Source: Terriglobia bacterium (GTDB lineage: Bacteria; Acidobacteriota; Polarisedimenticolia; Polarisedimenticolales; JAIQFR01). From it: DNA of 64,000 nucleotides. The position numbers and the translations under genes are program-made. Below the pieces are notes generated by a model. The model did not search any database. It was not told the origin of the DNA and saw only the letters and a list, made by a program, of their open reading frames with translations. Shown one piece after another: positions 9,383 to 18,191 of the stretch. How positions within the stretch are numbered: position 1 is the stretch's first letter; each line of letters begins with the position of its first letter. The stretch covers positions 192,001 through 256,000 of the forward strand of contig CAVVHE010000004.1 in the NCBI GenBank assembly GCA_963748015.1, read 5' to 3'.

Positions 9383-9852
9383 CGAGAGCGACGGGGAGCC
9401 GGCGCCGCGCGGGTCCCGAGGTTTCGCCGATGCTCCCGTCGGACCTCGACGAGGTGCTCGCGATCGAGGAGGCCTCGTTCGCCATTCCGTGGAGCCGCGA
9501 GAGCTTCCTCTTCGAATTGCAGGCGAACCCGTACGCGCGGAGCTTCGTGATGCGGCGGGGCGCGAAGATCGTGGGGTTCACCTGCCTGTGGATCGTGTAC
9601 GACGAGCTGAAGATCAACAACATCGCCGTGGCCGCCGGCGAGCGTCGGAACGGGTACGGGAAGATCCTGCTGCGCTTTGTCCTCGACTTCGGGCGCTCCG
9701 AGGGTTGCACCGAGGCCACCCTCGAGGTCCGGCCGTCGAACTTCGCGGCGCGGGCCCTCTACGCGGCCCACGGATTTCGCGAGATCGGCCTGCGGAAGGG
9801 GTACTACCGGGACACCCACGAAGACGCCATACTGATGGCGGCGGAGCTCTAG
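9379..9852 (+). CDS. rimI: Ribosomal-protein-alanine N-acetyltransferase
   Basis: IEEASF..PWS, NIAV, LEVRPSN..A..LY..GF, RKGYY..EDA; follows tsaB; start could be ATG 9430. Confidence 0.93.
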   Translation: MTRATGSRRRAGPEVSPMLPSDLDEVLAIEEASFAIPWSRESFLFELQANPYARSFVMRRGAKIVGFTCLWIVYDELKINNIAVAAGERRNGYGKILLRFVLDFGRSEGCTEATLEVRPSNFAARALYAAHGFREIGLRKGYYRDTHEDAILMAAEL

Positions 9853-9930
9853 GAGACTGTCCGGGTAATCCCGCGGACTCGACCATTCGGGTGACGTGAC
9901 GGCGACGCCGGGCGACCGGCCGGAGGTTCG

Positions 9931-10161
9931 ATGGACCAGATCGACGCGATCCGGGAGAAGCTGGCCAGGGAGGACGAGGACTATCGCCGGCTGCTGGCGA
10001 AGCACCACGAGTACGACGCGCGCCTCGAGGAGCTGCGAGGCCGGCGGTTCCTCACCGAGGAGGAGCAGGTCGAAGAGGTCCGCCTCAAGAAGCTCAAGCT
10101 GGCGATGAAGGACCAGATGGAATCCATGGTCCGGGAGCGCCGCAAGGAATCGGGGGCATGA
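9931..10161 (+). CDS. DUF465/YdcH-family small protein
   Basis: 76 aa helical, H..D..L and LKKLKLAMKD pattern; GGAGGT RBS. Confidence 0.8.
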   Translation: MDQIDAIREKLAREDEDYRRLLAKHHEYDARLEELRGRRFLTEEEQVEEVRLKKLKLAMKDQMESMVRERRKESGA

Positions 10162-10751
10162 AGGTCGATCGGGAGGCGCTCCCGTTCGCGGGAGCGTTCG
10201 CCATCCTCGCGGCGATCGCGGCGCTTCTCGCCCCGTGGGCGGCGTTGGTGCCGGTCCTGCTGCTCGCGTTCACGCTCTGGTTCTTCCGGGACCCCGAGCG
10301 CCGCCCGCCCGGAGACCCCCGGGCGATCCTGAGCCCGGCCGACGGCAGGATCATCGTGGCCGGACCGCGCCGGGTTTCCGTGTTCATGAACGTCTTCAAC
10401 GTGCACGTCTGCCGGACGCCGGTCGCGGGGACGGTCGTCTCGGTGCGGCACGTCCCGGGCCGGTTCGTCGCGGCGTTCGCGGACGCCGCCTCGGAGCACA
10501 ACGAGCGCACGGCGATCGAGGTCGACCCGGGCGGGAGCCCGCCGGTCCGTTTCACCCTCGTCGCCGGCCTGATCGCCCGCCGAATCGTCTGCCGGGTGGA
10601 GCCTGGGAAAGTCCTCGCGGCGGGGGAGCGGATCGGGCTGATCCGCTTCGGATCGCGCGTGGACGTGGATCTTCCCGAGGGCTCGACGGCGGCCGTCGAG
10701 ATCGGAGGCCGCGTGGTTTCCGGCGAGACGGTGATCGCCCGCCGCGGCTGA
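10158..10751 (+). CDS. psd: Phosphatidylserine decarboxylase proenzyme
   Basis: FFRDPER, SPADG, FMNVFNVHV, NER, AGLIARRI, RFGSRVD cleavage motif. Confidence 0.95.
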   Translation: MKVDREALPFAGAFAILAAIAALLAPWAALVPVLLLAFTLWFFRDPERRPPGDPRAILSPADGRIIVAGPRRVSVFMNVFNVHVCRTPVAGTVVSVRHVPGRFVAAFADAASEHNERTAIEVDPGGSPPVRFTLVAGLIARRIVCRVEPGKVLAAGERIGLIRFGSRVDVDLPEGSTAAVEIGGRVVSGETVIARRG

Positions 10752-10824
10752 TCCGGAACCGGTCGCCGCGCCCCGTTTCCTGTATAGTTTCCCCGGGAGC
10801 TCGAGGAGGTCCGATGGGAAGGCC

Positions 10825-11601
10825 ATGCGCGAAGACCGACGGCTGAGGCGGGGGATCTACCTGCTGCCGACCTGCTTCACCGTCGGCAATCTCTTCTGCG
10901 GGTTCTTCAGCCTCGTGGAGGCGTCGCGAGGCCGCTACGAGATCGCGGCGATCCTCATCATCGTCGCGGGGATCCTCGACGGGCTCGACGGTCGGATCGC
11001 CCGCTTGACCGGTACGACGTCCGAGTTCGGGCTGCAATTCGACTCGATGGCGGACGTGGTCTCGTTCGGCGTCGCCCCGGCTTTCCTGTCGTACCGGTGG
11101 GCGCTCGCGCCGTTCGATCGCATCGGCTGGCTGATCGCGTTTCTCTACGTGATCTGCGCGGCGACACGCCTCGCGCGCTTCAACATCCAGCACGCCGTCG
11201 CCGACAAGAAGCACTTCGTAGGGCTGCCCTCGCCCCCGGCGGCGGGGGTGCTTGCATCCGTGGCGTTCGCGTTCCCCGGCCCTCCCCCGAATCGCACGGT
11301 GGCCGCCGCGCTGGCGGTGCTCACCGCGGGGCTCGCGCTCCTGATGGTGAGCCGGCTCCGCTACCGCTCGTTCAAGGACTTCGACCTCCGGAACCGGAGG
11401 TCCTACGTGGCCGTCCTCCCGATCGCCGCGGGGCTCGTCGCCATCCTCACCCACCCGAAAGGGGCGATGCTGACCATCGCGATCGTGTACCTGCTCTCCG
11501 GGCCCTCCGCGTACCTCTGGGGGCTGGTCCAGAGGCTCCAGGGGCAGCCGCCGGCCCGGACTCCCGACCCGGCGGGCGCCGCGAGGCCGAAGGATGCCTA
11601 G
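10825..11601 (+). CDS. pssA: CDP-diacylglycerol--serine O-phosphatidyltransferase
   Basis: DGLDGRIAR..SEFG..DSMADVVSFGVAP, RLARFN, FVGLPSP. Confidence 0.95.
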   Translation: MREDRRLRRGIYLLPTCFTVGNLFCGFFSLVEASRGRYEIAAILIIVAGILDGLDGRIARLTGTTSEFGLQFDSMADVVSFGVAPAFLSYRWALAPFDRIGWLIAFLYVICAATRLARFNIQHAVADKKHFVGLPSPPAAGVLASVAFAFPGPPPNRTVAAALAVLTAGLALLMVSRLRYRSFKDFDLRNRRSYVAVLPIAAGLVAILTHPKGAMLTIAIVYLLSGPSAYLWGLVQRLQGQPPARTPDPAGAARPKDA

Positions 11602-12604
11602 GCCGGGGAGCGCCGCCCCGGCGGCAGGCGCCACGCGCGTCGCCGTGGTCGGCGCCGCCACCGCCGCCGGCGCCAAGCTGCGCGAGGCGCTCGCCCGGAG
11701 GGGCATTCCCGGAGGCCGCGTTCATCTCTACGGCACGGAGAGGGGAGAGGCGGTCCTCGGCGAGTACGACGGCGAGGCCCGCCTGATCCAGGAGCCCGAC
11801 CTCGACGAGATCGCGGGCCAGGACGTGGTCTTTCTCTGCGAGGTCTCCGAGGTCGCGGACCGACTCCTGAGTCCCGCCGGCCGGAAGGCGACCGTGATCG
11901 ACCTGACCGGCAGGAGCCCCGCCGGGGCGCGGGCCCGACTCGTCCACGGGGTCCTTGCTCCCGGAACGGCCGAGGATCGCGGCGGCGTCCTCGCGACCCC
12001 GCACCCGATCGCCGCGATTCTCGCGGAGGTCCTCCATCCCGTCGAACGCTCGATCGGGATCTCCGAGGTCGTGGCCGTGGTGGTGCGCCCCGCCGCGGAC
12101 TTCGGCGAGCCCGGGGTCGAAGAGCTCCGCGAGCAGACCGTGCGCCTCCTTCGCTTCGAGAAGGCGCCCCGGGAGATCTTCGGCCGGCAGCTCGCCTTCA
12201 ATGTCATCCCGCAGAGGCTCCTCGCGGGGGCCGAGGAGGGACTCGAGCGCCGGATCGCTCGGGAGGTGGCCGAGCTGCTCGGCTGGGCGGAAGACCGCCT
12301 CGCGATCCGCCTCGTGGCGGCGCCGGTCTTCACGGGGCACGCGCTGAGCCTGCGCCTCAAGCTCGCGCGCGACGCGGGGGCCGAAGCCCTCGCCGAGGCG
12401 ATCGGCGCCGGCCGGAAGGCGAATCGGCCGGGACGCGGGACGGCCGAGACGCCGCTCGCCGCGCCCGAGGAGCGGCGCACCGACGTCAGCGAGGTCGTCG
12501 AGGACGGCATCGGCGGATTCTGGGTCTGGGCGATCGCGGGAGAGGCGGGGGGGGCGGCCGCGGAGCAGGCGGTGCTCGCGGCGGAGGCGGTGGTCGGATG
12601 GTGA
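11594..12604 (+). CDS. Asd/Usg-like protein, probably catalytically inactive
   Basis: VAVVGAATAAG Rossmann start, ELREQT, QLAFNVIP, PVFTGH; catalytic NC motif replaced by TPHP. Confidence 0.75.
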   Translation: MPRPGSAAPAAGATRVAVVGAATAAGAKLREALARRGIPGGRVHLYGTERGEAVLGEYDGEARLIQEPDLDEIAGQDVVFLCEVSEVADRLLSPAGRKATVIDLTGRSPAGARARLVHGVLAPGTAEDRGGVLATPHPIAAILAEVLHPVERSIGISEVVAVVVRPAADFGEPGVEELREQTVRLLRFEKAPREIFGRQLAFNVIPQRLLAGAEEGLERRIAREVAELLGWAEDRLAIRLVAAPVFTGHALSLRLKLARDAGAEALAEAIGAGRKANRPGRGTAETPLAAPEERRTDVSEVVEDGIGGFWVWAIAGEAGGAAAEQAVLAAEAVVGW

Positions 12605-12621
12605 GAGCGGCAGGAGGCACG

Positions 12622-13377
12622 ATGAAGACGCATCCCGGTTCCGCGCCCGTCGCAGTCGCCGGAGCGGTCGCCGCACTCCTCCTCCTCGTGTCGTTTCCGA
12701 GCCTCGCGGCGGCCCCCGGCGCGGCCGAGGCGGTTTCCGCGACGGTCGAGGTGGAGCGGACCCTCTTGAAGGAGGATCTCGCGCGCTACGAGAAGGTCAT
12801 GGGGGATCGCGCGCTGGCGCTGACGCGTCTCACCGAGCTGTACGCGGCTCTCGACGCGGCGGTCCACCGCGACGACGACGGCGCGCCGGCCGTGATCGAG
12901 GACCTCGAGGGCCGCATCGAGCAGGCGGAGCTCGAGCGATCCGGGCTCCTCGCCGCCGAGCGAGCGCTGGTCGAGCGGATCCGCGAGCGGATGCATCGCG
13001 TCGATCTCCTCGAGGGCCAGCTCGCGACGCTCCAGGCCAAGGCGACGGAAGCCGCCGGGCCCCTCGCCGGGCGCTGGGAAGTCGTCATCCTTCCGGCGAA
13101 CCAGCGCGGGACGTTCGTCCTCGCCCAGAACGGCACGCTCGTCGGTGGCACGTACACCCTCGAGGGGGGCTGGAGCGGGAGCCTCCAGGGGACGCTGGTC
13201 AACCGGAAGGTGTTTCTCGAGAGGATCGATTCGAGGCTGGGGCGCTCCGGCGAGTTCGAAGGGTACCTGAGCGCCGACGGGACGCAGATTCGCGGCACGT
13301 GGCTTCGCTACGACCTCTCCGGAGAGGGCATGGCCAACGGCCAGTTCACCGCCTCCCGCAGGCGCGAAACGCCCTGA
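12622..13377 (+). CDS. Exported protein with coiled coil and small C-terminal beta-barrel-like domain
   Basis: AGGAGG RBS, signal peptide, heptad-rich middle, Gly/aromatic beta-strands at C-terminus. Confidence 0.75.
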   Translation: MKTHPGSAPVAVAGAVAALLLLVSFPSLAAAPGAAEAVSATVEVERTLLKEDLARYEKVMGDRALALTRLTELYAALDAAVHRDDDGAPAVIEDLEGRIEQAELERSGLLAAERALVERIRERMHRVDLLEGQLATLQAKATEAAGPLAGRWEVVILPANQRGTFVLAQNGTLVGGTYTLEGGWSGSLQGTLVNRKVFLERIDSRLGRSGEFEGYLSADGTQIRGTWLRYDLSGEGMANGQFTASRRRETP

Positions 13378-13384
13378 GGGGATC

Positions 13385-14626
13385 TTGCGTCTCCCGTACG
13401 AGCCGTACCTCGCGCTGCGCTACCTGAGGTTCCACAGGGGGCGGACCTTTCTGTCGGTCATCACCCTGATCTCGGTGGCGGGCGTGACCGTGGGGACCGC
13501 GGCCCTCGTCATCGCGCTGGCCCTGATGACGGGCTTCCAGCAGGACATACGGCAGCGGATCCAGAGCGGCAGCGCGCATCTCACGGTGCTGAGCCCCGGC
13601 GAGCCGGAGTTCGAGGGGGCCGAGGCGCTCGGCGAGCGAGTGCGCCGGGTCGAGGGGGTGAGGGAAGCCTCGCCGGTGCTGCTGTCCCACGCGATGCTGG
13701 TGAACGAGGAGATCGCGGCTCCGGCCTACGTCGAGCTGGAGGGGATCGACCCCGCGCGCCACGGGCGCGTGATCGCGGACGGTGACCTCGACCCTCTCGC
13801 GCCGCTCGCCGCGGGCGGATCGGGGGGGCGTGAGGGGATCGTCCTGGGCGAGGAGCTCGCGGCCAAGCTCGGGGTGCGGAAGGGCGATCGGGTGCGCGTG
13901 CTCGTCCCCAAGGTCACGCTCACGCCGTTCACGCCGATCCCGCGCAGCCGGTTGCTCTCGGTCCTGGGCACCTTCCACTCCGAGGCTTTTCCGATGAGCG
14001 CCGAGCGGGCCTACGTGAGCCTCGACACGGCGCGCCGCCTGCTGGACGCGCCGGGACGCTCGTCGTGGCTCGAGATCCGGCTCCTAGACCTCCGCCAGCT
14101 CGGCCGGGTCAAGGGCGCGCTGAGGCGCGCGCTCGGGTCGTCCTACCTCGTCGTGGACCTGATGGAGCTCGAGCAGAACCGCGATCTGCTCAAGGCCCTG
14201 AACACCGAGAAGTTCATCCTCTTCCTGGCGATCGCCCTCATCGTCGTGGTCGCGTCCCTGAACATCGTCTCCACCCTGATCCTGATGGTGAACGACAAGA
14301 TCAAGGAGATCGGGACGCTCTCCTCGATGGGAGCGAGGCCCCGCGGGATCGCGATGGTCTTCGTCCTGCAGGGGTTCGTCATCGGCGTCGTGGGCGCCGT
14401 CCTGGGCATCGCCGCCGGCACCGCGATCTCCTGGTGGCTCGATACCTTCCAGGTGATCAAGCTCAACCCCGAGGTCTACTACATCACCCACGTGCCGTTC
14501 ACCCTGCGCGCCGCGGACTCCGGGTTCGTCGCGGCGCTGACGCTCGGGGTGTCGCTGCTCGCGACGATCTACCCGGCCTTCAAGGCGGCGACGCTCGACC
14601 CGGTCGAGGCGATCCGCAATGAGTGA
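13385..14626 (+). CDS. Lipoprotein-releasing ABC transporter permease (LolC/E family)
   Basis: ALRYL, ITLISVAGV..ALALMTGF, NIVSTLILMV..K..EIG, YPA..A..LDPVEAIR. Confidence 0.92.
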   Translation: MRLPYEPYLALRYLRFHRGRTFLSVITLISVAGVTVGTAALVIALALMTGFQQDIRQRIQSGSAHLTVLSPGEPEFEGAEALGERVRRVEGVREASPVLLSHAMLVNEEIAAPAYVELEGIDPARHGRVIADGDLDPLAPLAAGGSGGREGIVLGEELAAKLGVRKGDRVRVLVPKVTLTPFTPIPRSRLLSVLGTFHSEAFPMSAERAYVSLDTARRLLDAPGRSSWLEIRLLDLRQLGRVKGALRRALGSSYLVVDLMELEQNRDLLKALNTEKFILFLAIALIVVVASLNIVSTLILMVNDKIKEIGTLSSMGARPRGIAMVFVLQGFVIGVVGAVLGIAAGTAISWWLDTFQVIKLNPEVYYITHVPFTLRAADSGFVAALTLGVSLLATIYPAFKAATLDPVEAIRNE

Positions 14627-15335
14627 GCCGCTCCTCGCCGCCGCCGGCCTCGAGAAGAGCTACCCGAGCGGCGAGCGGCGCATCGACGTGCTCAAAGGGC
14701 TCACCCTCGAGGTCGCCCCCGGCGAGGCGGTGGCGGTCGTCGGCGACTCGGGGGTCGGCAAGTCGACGCTCCTCCACATTCTCGGCGGGCTCGACCGGCC
14801 GGACGCCGGCTCGTTGCGGTTCCGCGGCGGCGCCGTGTCCTTCGACGACGGCCCCGCGATCGCCGAGTTCCGGAACCGCCGGGTCGGCTTCGTGTTCCAG
14901 ATGCACTACCTCCTGCCGGAGTTCAGCGCGCTCGAGAACGTGCTGATGCCGTTCCGCATCGGGCGCCGTTTCGAGGGGGCCGAGGACGCCGCGATTTCGG
15001 TCCTCTCCCGCCTCGGCCTCGAAGAGAGGCTCCACCACCATCCCGGGGCTCTCTCCGGCGGCGAGCAGCAGCGGGTCGCGATCGCGAGGGCCGTGGCACC
15101 CGGGCCGGCGCTCGTCCTCGCCGACGAGCCCACCGGGAATCTCGACCCCGCCACCGGGAACGCCGTGTTCTCGCTGCTCCGCGAGCTGCAGTCCGAGCGC
15201 GGCTTCTCTCTCGTCGTCGCCACGCACAGCGCCCGCCTCGCGAGCGGCTGCAACCGCATCCTGCGCCTCGTCGACGGCCTCCTGCGCCCGCTCGGCGAAT
15301 CGGAAACGGCCGACTACTTCGCCGGCACCCGGTAG
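14619..15335 (+). CDS. lolD: Lipoprotein-releasing ABC transporter ATP-binding protein
   Basis: [50 protein letters not shown]. Confidence 0.92.
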   Translation: MSEPLLAAAGLEKSYPSGERRIDVLKGLTLEVAPGEAVAVVGDSGVGKSTLLHILGGLDRPDAGSLRFRGGAVSFDDGPAIAEFRNRRVGFVFQMHYLLPEFSALENVLMPFRIGRRFEGAEDAAISVLSRLGLEERLHHHPGALSGGEQQRVAIARAVAPGPALVLADEPTGNLDPATGNAVFSLLRELQSERGFSLVVATHSARLASGCNRILRLVDGLLRPLGESETADYFAGTR

Positions 15336-15346
15336 CGATTCCTAGA

Positions 15347-15505
15347 GGCCGTTCGTGCCGGGTCTCGACCCTCCGCGGCCCTCTCTTCGCGCGGCCGCTT
15401 CTTCCTCGAGCGGCCGCGCGAAGAGCGGAGCAAGGCGGCGCGGCGACTCCTCGCCGCGCAACGCCGCGGCGTGCCGCCGAGGGTCGAGACCCGGCACGAA
15501 CGGCC
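15347..15505 (+). repeat. Three-way-junction palindromic element, copy A
   Basis: Arms 15347-15379 and 15473-15505 pair (one C-C mismatch); perfect 17-bp hairpin 15383-15425; bulged hairpin 15435-15467. Confidence 0.9.
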
Positions 15506-15597
15506 GCTGCCGGAATCAACCTGCCTGCCCGGGCGGTGCGAATTCGCTATGCTATAGTCTCGTCGAGGGGCAACACGGCGACGGGAGCCCGCGCGTC

Positions 15598-18027
15598 ATG
15601 TTCGAAAAGTTCACGGAAAAGGCGAAGAGAATCCTCTTTCTGGCGCGGTACGAGGCGAGCCAGCAGGGGAGCAAGGTGATCGGAACCGAGCACCTTCTCC
15701 TCGGCCTGCTCAAGGAAGGCGAAGAGACCACCCGCGAGCTGTTCACGCGGGCGAACGTCTCGATGGATCTCCTCCAGACGGAGCTGGAGCGGCGCGGTCC
15801 TCTCCGCGAGAAGCTCTCGACGTCGGTGGAGATCCCGTTCGGCGACGACACCAAGAAGGTGCTGCAGTTCGCCGAGGAGGAATCCGAGCGGCTGATGCAC
15901 CCGCAGATCGGGACCGAGCACCTGCTGCTCGGCCTCCTGAGGGCGGAGGACTCGCCCGCGGGGCGGATGCTCGGCGAGCGCGGCATGCGCCTGTACGCCG
16001 TGCGGGAGGACGCGGTCAGCCTGGTCAAGCGCCGCGCGCTCCCCAAGAAGAAGAAGGAAACGCCGTTCCTCAACGAGTTCGCGCGGGACCTCTCGGAGCT
16101 GGCGCAGCGGCGCGTGTTCGACCCGCTGATCGGCCGCGAGGCGGAGCTCGAGCGGGTCGTGCAGGTGCTCTCGCGCAGGCGGAAGAACAACCCGGTCCTG
16201 CTCGGCGAGCCGGGGGTCGGCAAGACCGCGATCGTCGAGGGGCTCGCCACGCGAATCGTGGACGGCGAGGTCCCCCCCTCGCTCCTCAACAAGAGGATCC
16301 TCGCCCTCGACCTCTCTCTCGTCGTCGCGGGGACGAAGTACCGCGGTCAGTTCGAGGAGCGCCTCAAGGGGATCATCTCCGAGCTGGCCGGCTCGGACGA
16401 CGTGATCATGTTCATCGACGAGATCCACTCCCTGATCGGAGCCGGCTCCGCGGAGGGCTCTCTCGACGCCGCGAACATCCTCAAGCCGACCCTCTCCCGC
16501 GGCGAGGTGCAGTGCATCGGATCCACCACGCCGAGGGACTACCACAAGTACATCGAGAAGGACCGCGCCCTCGTCCGGCGGTTCCAGCCGATCACCATCC
16601 GCCCCACCACCGAGGACGAGACGTTCACGATCCTCGAGGGGGTGAAGGAGCGCTACGAGCGCTTCCACGGCGTCCGCTTCGAGCCCGAGGCCATACGGGC
16701 GGCGGTGTACCAGTCCAACCGGTACATCACGGACCGCTTCCTGCCCGACAAAGCGATCGACGTGCTCGACGAGGCCGGCGCGCGGGTGAAGCTCGCGAAG
16801 CGGACGTCCTACGCCGAGATCAAGAAGACCGAGCAGGAGCTGCGCCGGGCCGTGGACGGAATGAAGAACGCCCTGGCCCGAAAGGACTTCGACGAGGCCG
16901 TCTCCTTCCACGACAAGGAAGTCACGCTGAGGCGGCAGCACGAGGAGCTCAACCGGCGCTACGAGGACGAGGCGAACCGGATCCTCGACGTCACGCGGGC
17001 CGACGTCGAGGACGTGATCGCCCGGTGGACGGGAATTCCGATCCAGTCGGTGGCCGAGGAGGAGGCCGACAAGCTCCTGAACATGGAGGATTTCCTGCAC
17101 GAGCACATCGTCGGGCAGGAAGAGGCGATCTCGGCGCTCTCGCGGGCGATCCGCCGCTCCCGCGCGGGCCTCAAGAGCCCGAGCCGCCCCATCGGCTCGT
17201 TCGTGTTCCTCGGGCCCACCGGCGTCGGAAAGACCGAGGTGGCCCGGACGATCGCCGGGTTCCTGTTCGGGTCGGACCGCGCGTTGACCCGCTTCGACAT
17301 GTCCGAGTACATGGAGAAGCACGCCATCGCCAAGATGATCGGCTCTCCTCCCGGCTACGTGGGGCACGAGGAAGGGGGGCAGCTCACCGAGCGGATCAAG
17401 CGAAAACCCTACAGCGTGATCCTGCTCGACGAGATCGAGAAGGCCCACCCGGACGTGCTCAACATCCTCCTCCAGGTGCTCGAGGACGGGATGATCACCG
17501 ACGCCTACGGCGAGGTGGTCGACTTCAAGAACACGATCGTGATCATGACCTCGAACATCGGATCCCAGCACGTCGCCCGGACCGGCGGGAAGATGGGGTT
17601 CAAGGGGGACGATCGGGCGCAGGCGTTCAAGGACCGGCGCGACCTGGTGATGAGCGAGGTCAAGAAGACCCTGAGCCCGGAGTTCATCAACCGGATCGAC
17701 GAGATCATCGTGTTCGACGCCCTCTCGGAGGAGCAGCTCCAGGCGATCGCCGGGATCATGGTCCGGAAGCTCAACAGCACGCTCCGCGAGAGGGGCATCG
17801 AGATCTCGGTGACCGACGAGATGTGCTCCTGGCTGGTCAAGACCACCTGCCAGGACCGCTCGTACGGTGCCCGCCCGCTGCGCCGGGCGATCCAGCGCTA
17901 CATCGAGGACCCTCTCTCCGAGGCCCTCATCCGCGGGCAGCTGCAGGATCGGGGACTGGTCGAGGTCTACCTCGAGGACGGTCAGCCCGTGTTCCGGGCC
18001 GCGATCCAGGCCCCCTCCGCGCAGTAG
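15598..18027 (+). CDS. clpC: ATP-dependent Clp protease ATP-binding subunit (ClpC-like)
   Basis: MFEKFTEKA Clp-N repeats, [14 protein letters not shown], short middle coiled coil, [24 protein letters not shown] extended -10 at about 15550. Confidence 0.93.
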   Translation: MFEKFTEKAKRILFLARYEASQQGSKVIGTEHLLLGLLKEGEETTRELFTRANVSMDLLQTELERRGPLREKLSTSVEIPFGDDTKKVLQFAEEESERLMHPQIGTEHLLLGLLRAEDSPAGRMLGERGMRLYAVREDAVSLVKRRALPKKKKETPFLNEFARDLSELAQRRVFDPLIGREAELERVVQVLSRRRKNNPVLLGEPGVGKTAIVEGLATRIVDGEVPPSLLNKRILALDLSLVVAGTKYRGQFEERLKGIISELAGSDDVIMFIDEIHSLIGAGSAEGSLDAANILKPTLSRGEVQCIGSTTPRDYHKYIEKDRALVRRFQPITIRPTTEDETFTILEGVKERYERFHGVRFEPEAIRAAVYQSNRYITDRFLPDKAIDVLDEAGARVKLAKRTSYAEIKKTEQELRRAVDGMKNALARKDFDEAVSFHDKEVTLRRQHEELNRRYEDEANRILDVTRADVEDVIARWTGIPIQSVAEEEADKLLNMEDFLHEHIVGQEEAISALSRAIRRSRAGLKSPSRPIGSFVFLGPTGVGKTEVARTIAGFLFGSDRALTRFDMSEYMEKHAIAKMIGSPPGYVGHEEGGQLTERIKRKPYSVILLDEIEKAHPDVLNILLQVLEDGMITDAYGEVVDFKNTIVIMTSNIGSQHVARTGGKMGFKGDDRAQAFKDRRDLVMSEVKKTLSPEFINRIDEIIVFDALSEEQLQAIAGIMVRKLNSTLRERGIEISVTDEMCSWLVKTTCQDRSYGARPLRRAIQRYIEDPLSEALIRGQLQDRGLVEVYLEDGQPVFRAAIQAPSAQ

Positions 18028-18191
18028 ACGGGAAGGCGCGGCAAGTCCTCCGCAGGAGACGGGGCGGGCGGAGCCCGCTCGAAGTAGAATGGCGACCCTT
18101 TGGGGTGCCTCGGGTCCGGAGCGAAGGCGCCCACGGAGTGATTCGCGCCGCCCCCGGCTTGGTGGGAGCGGCCCGGGCGGCGGAAGGTGGA

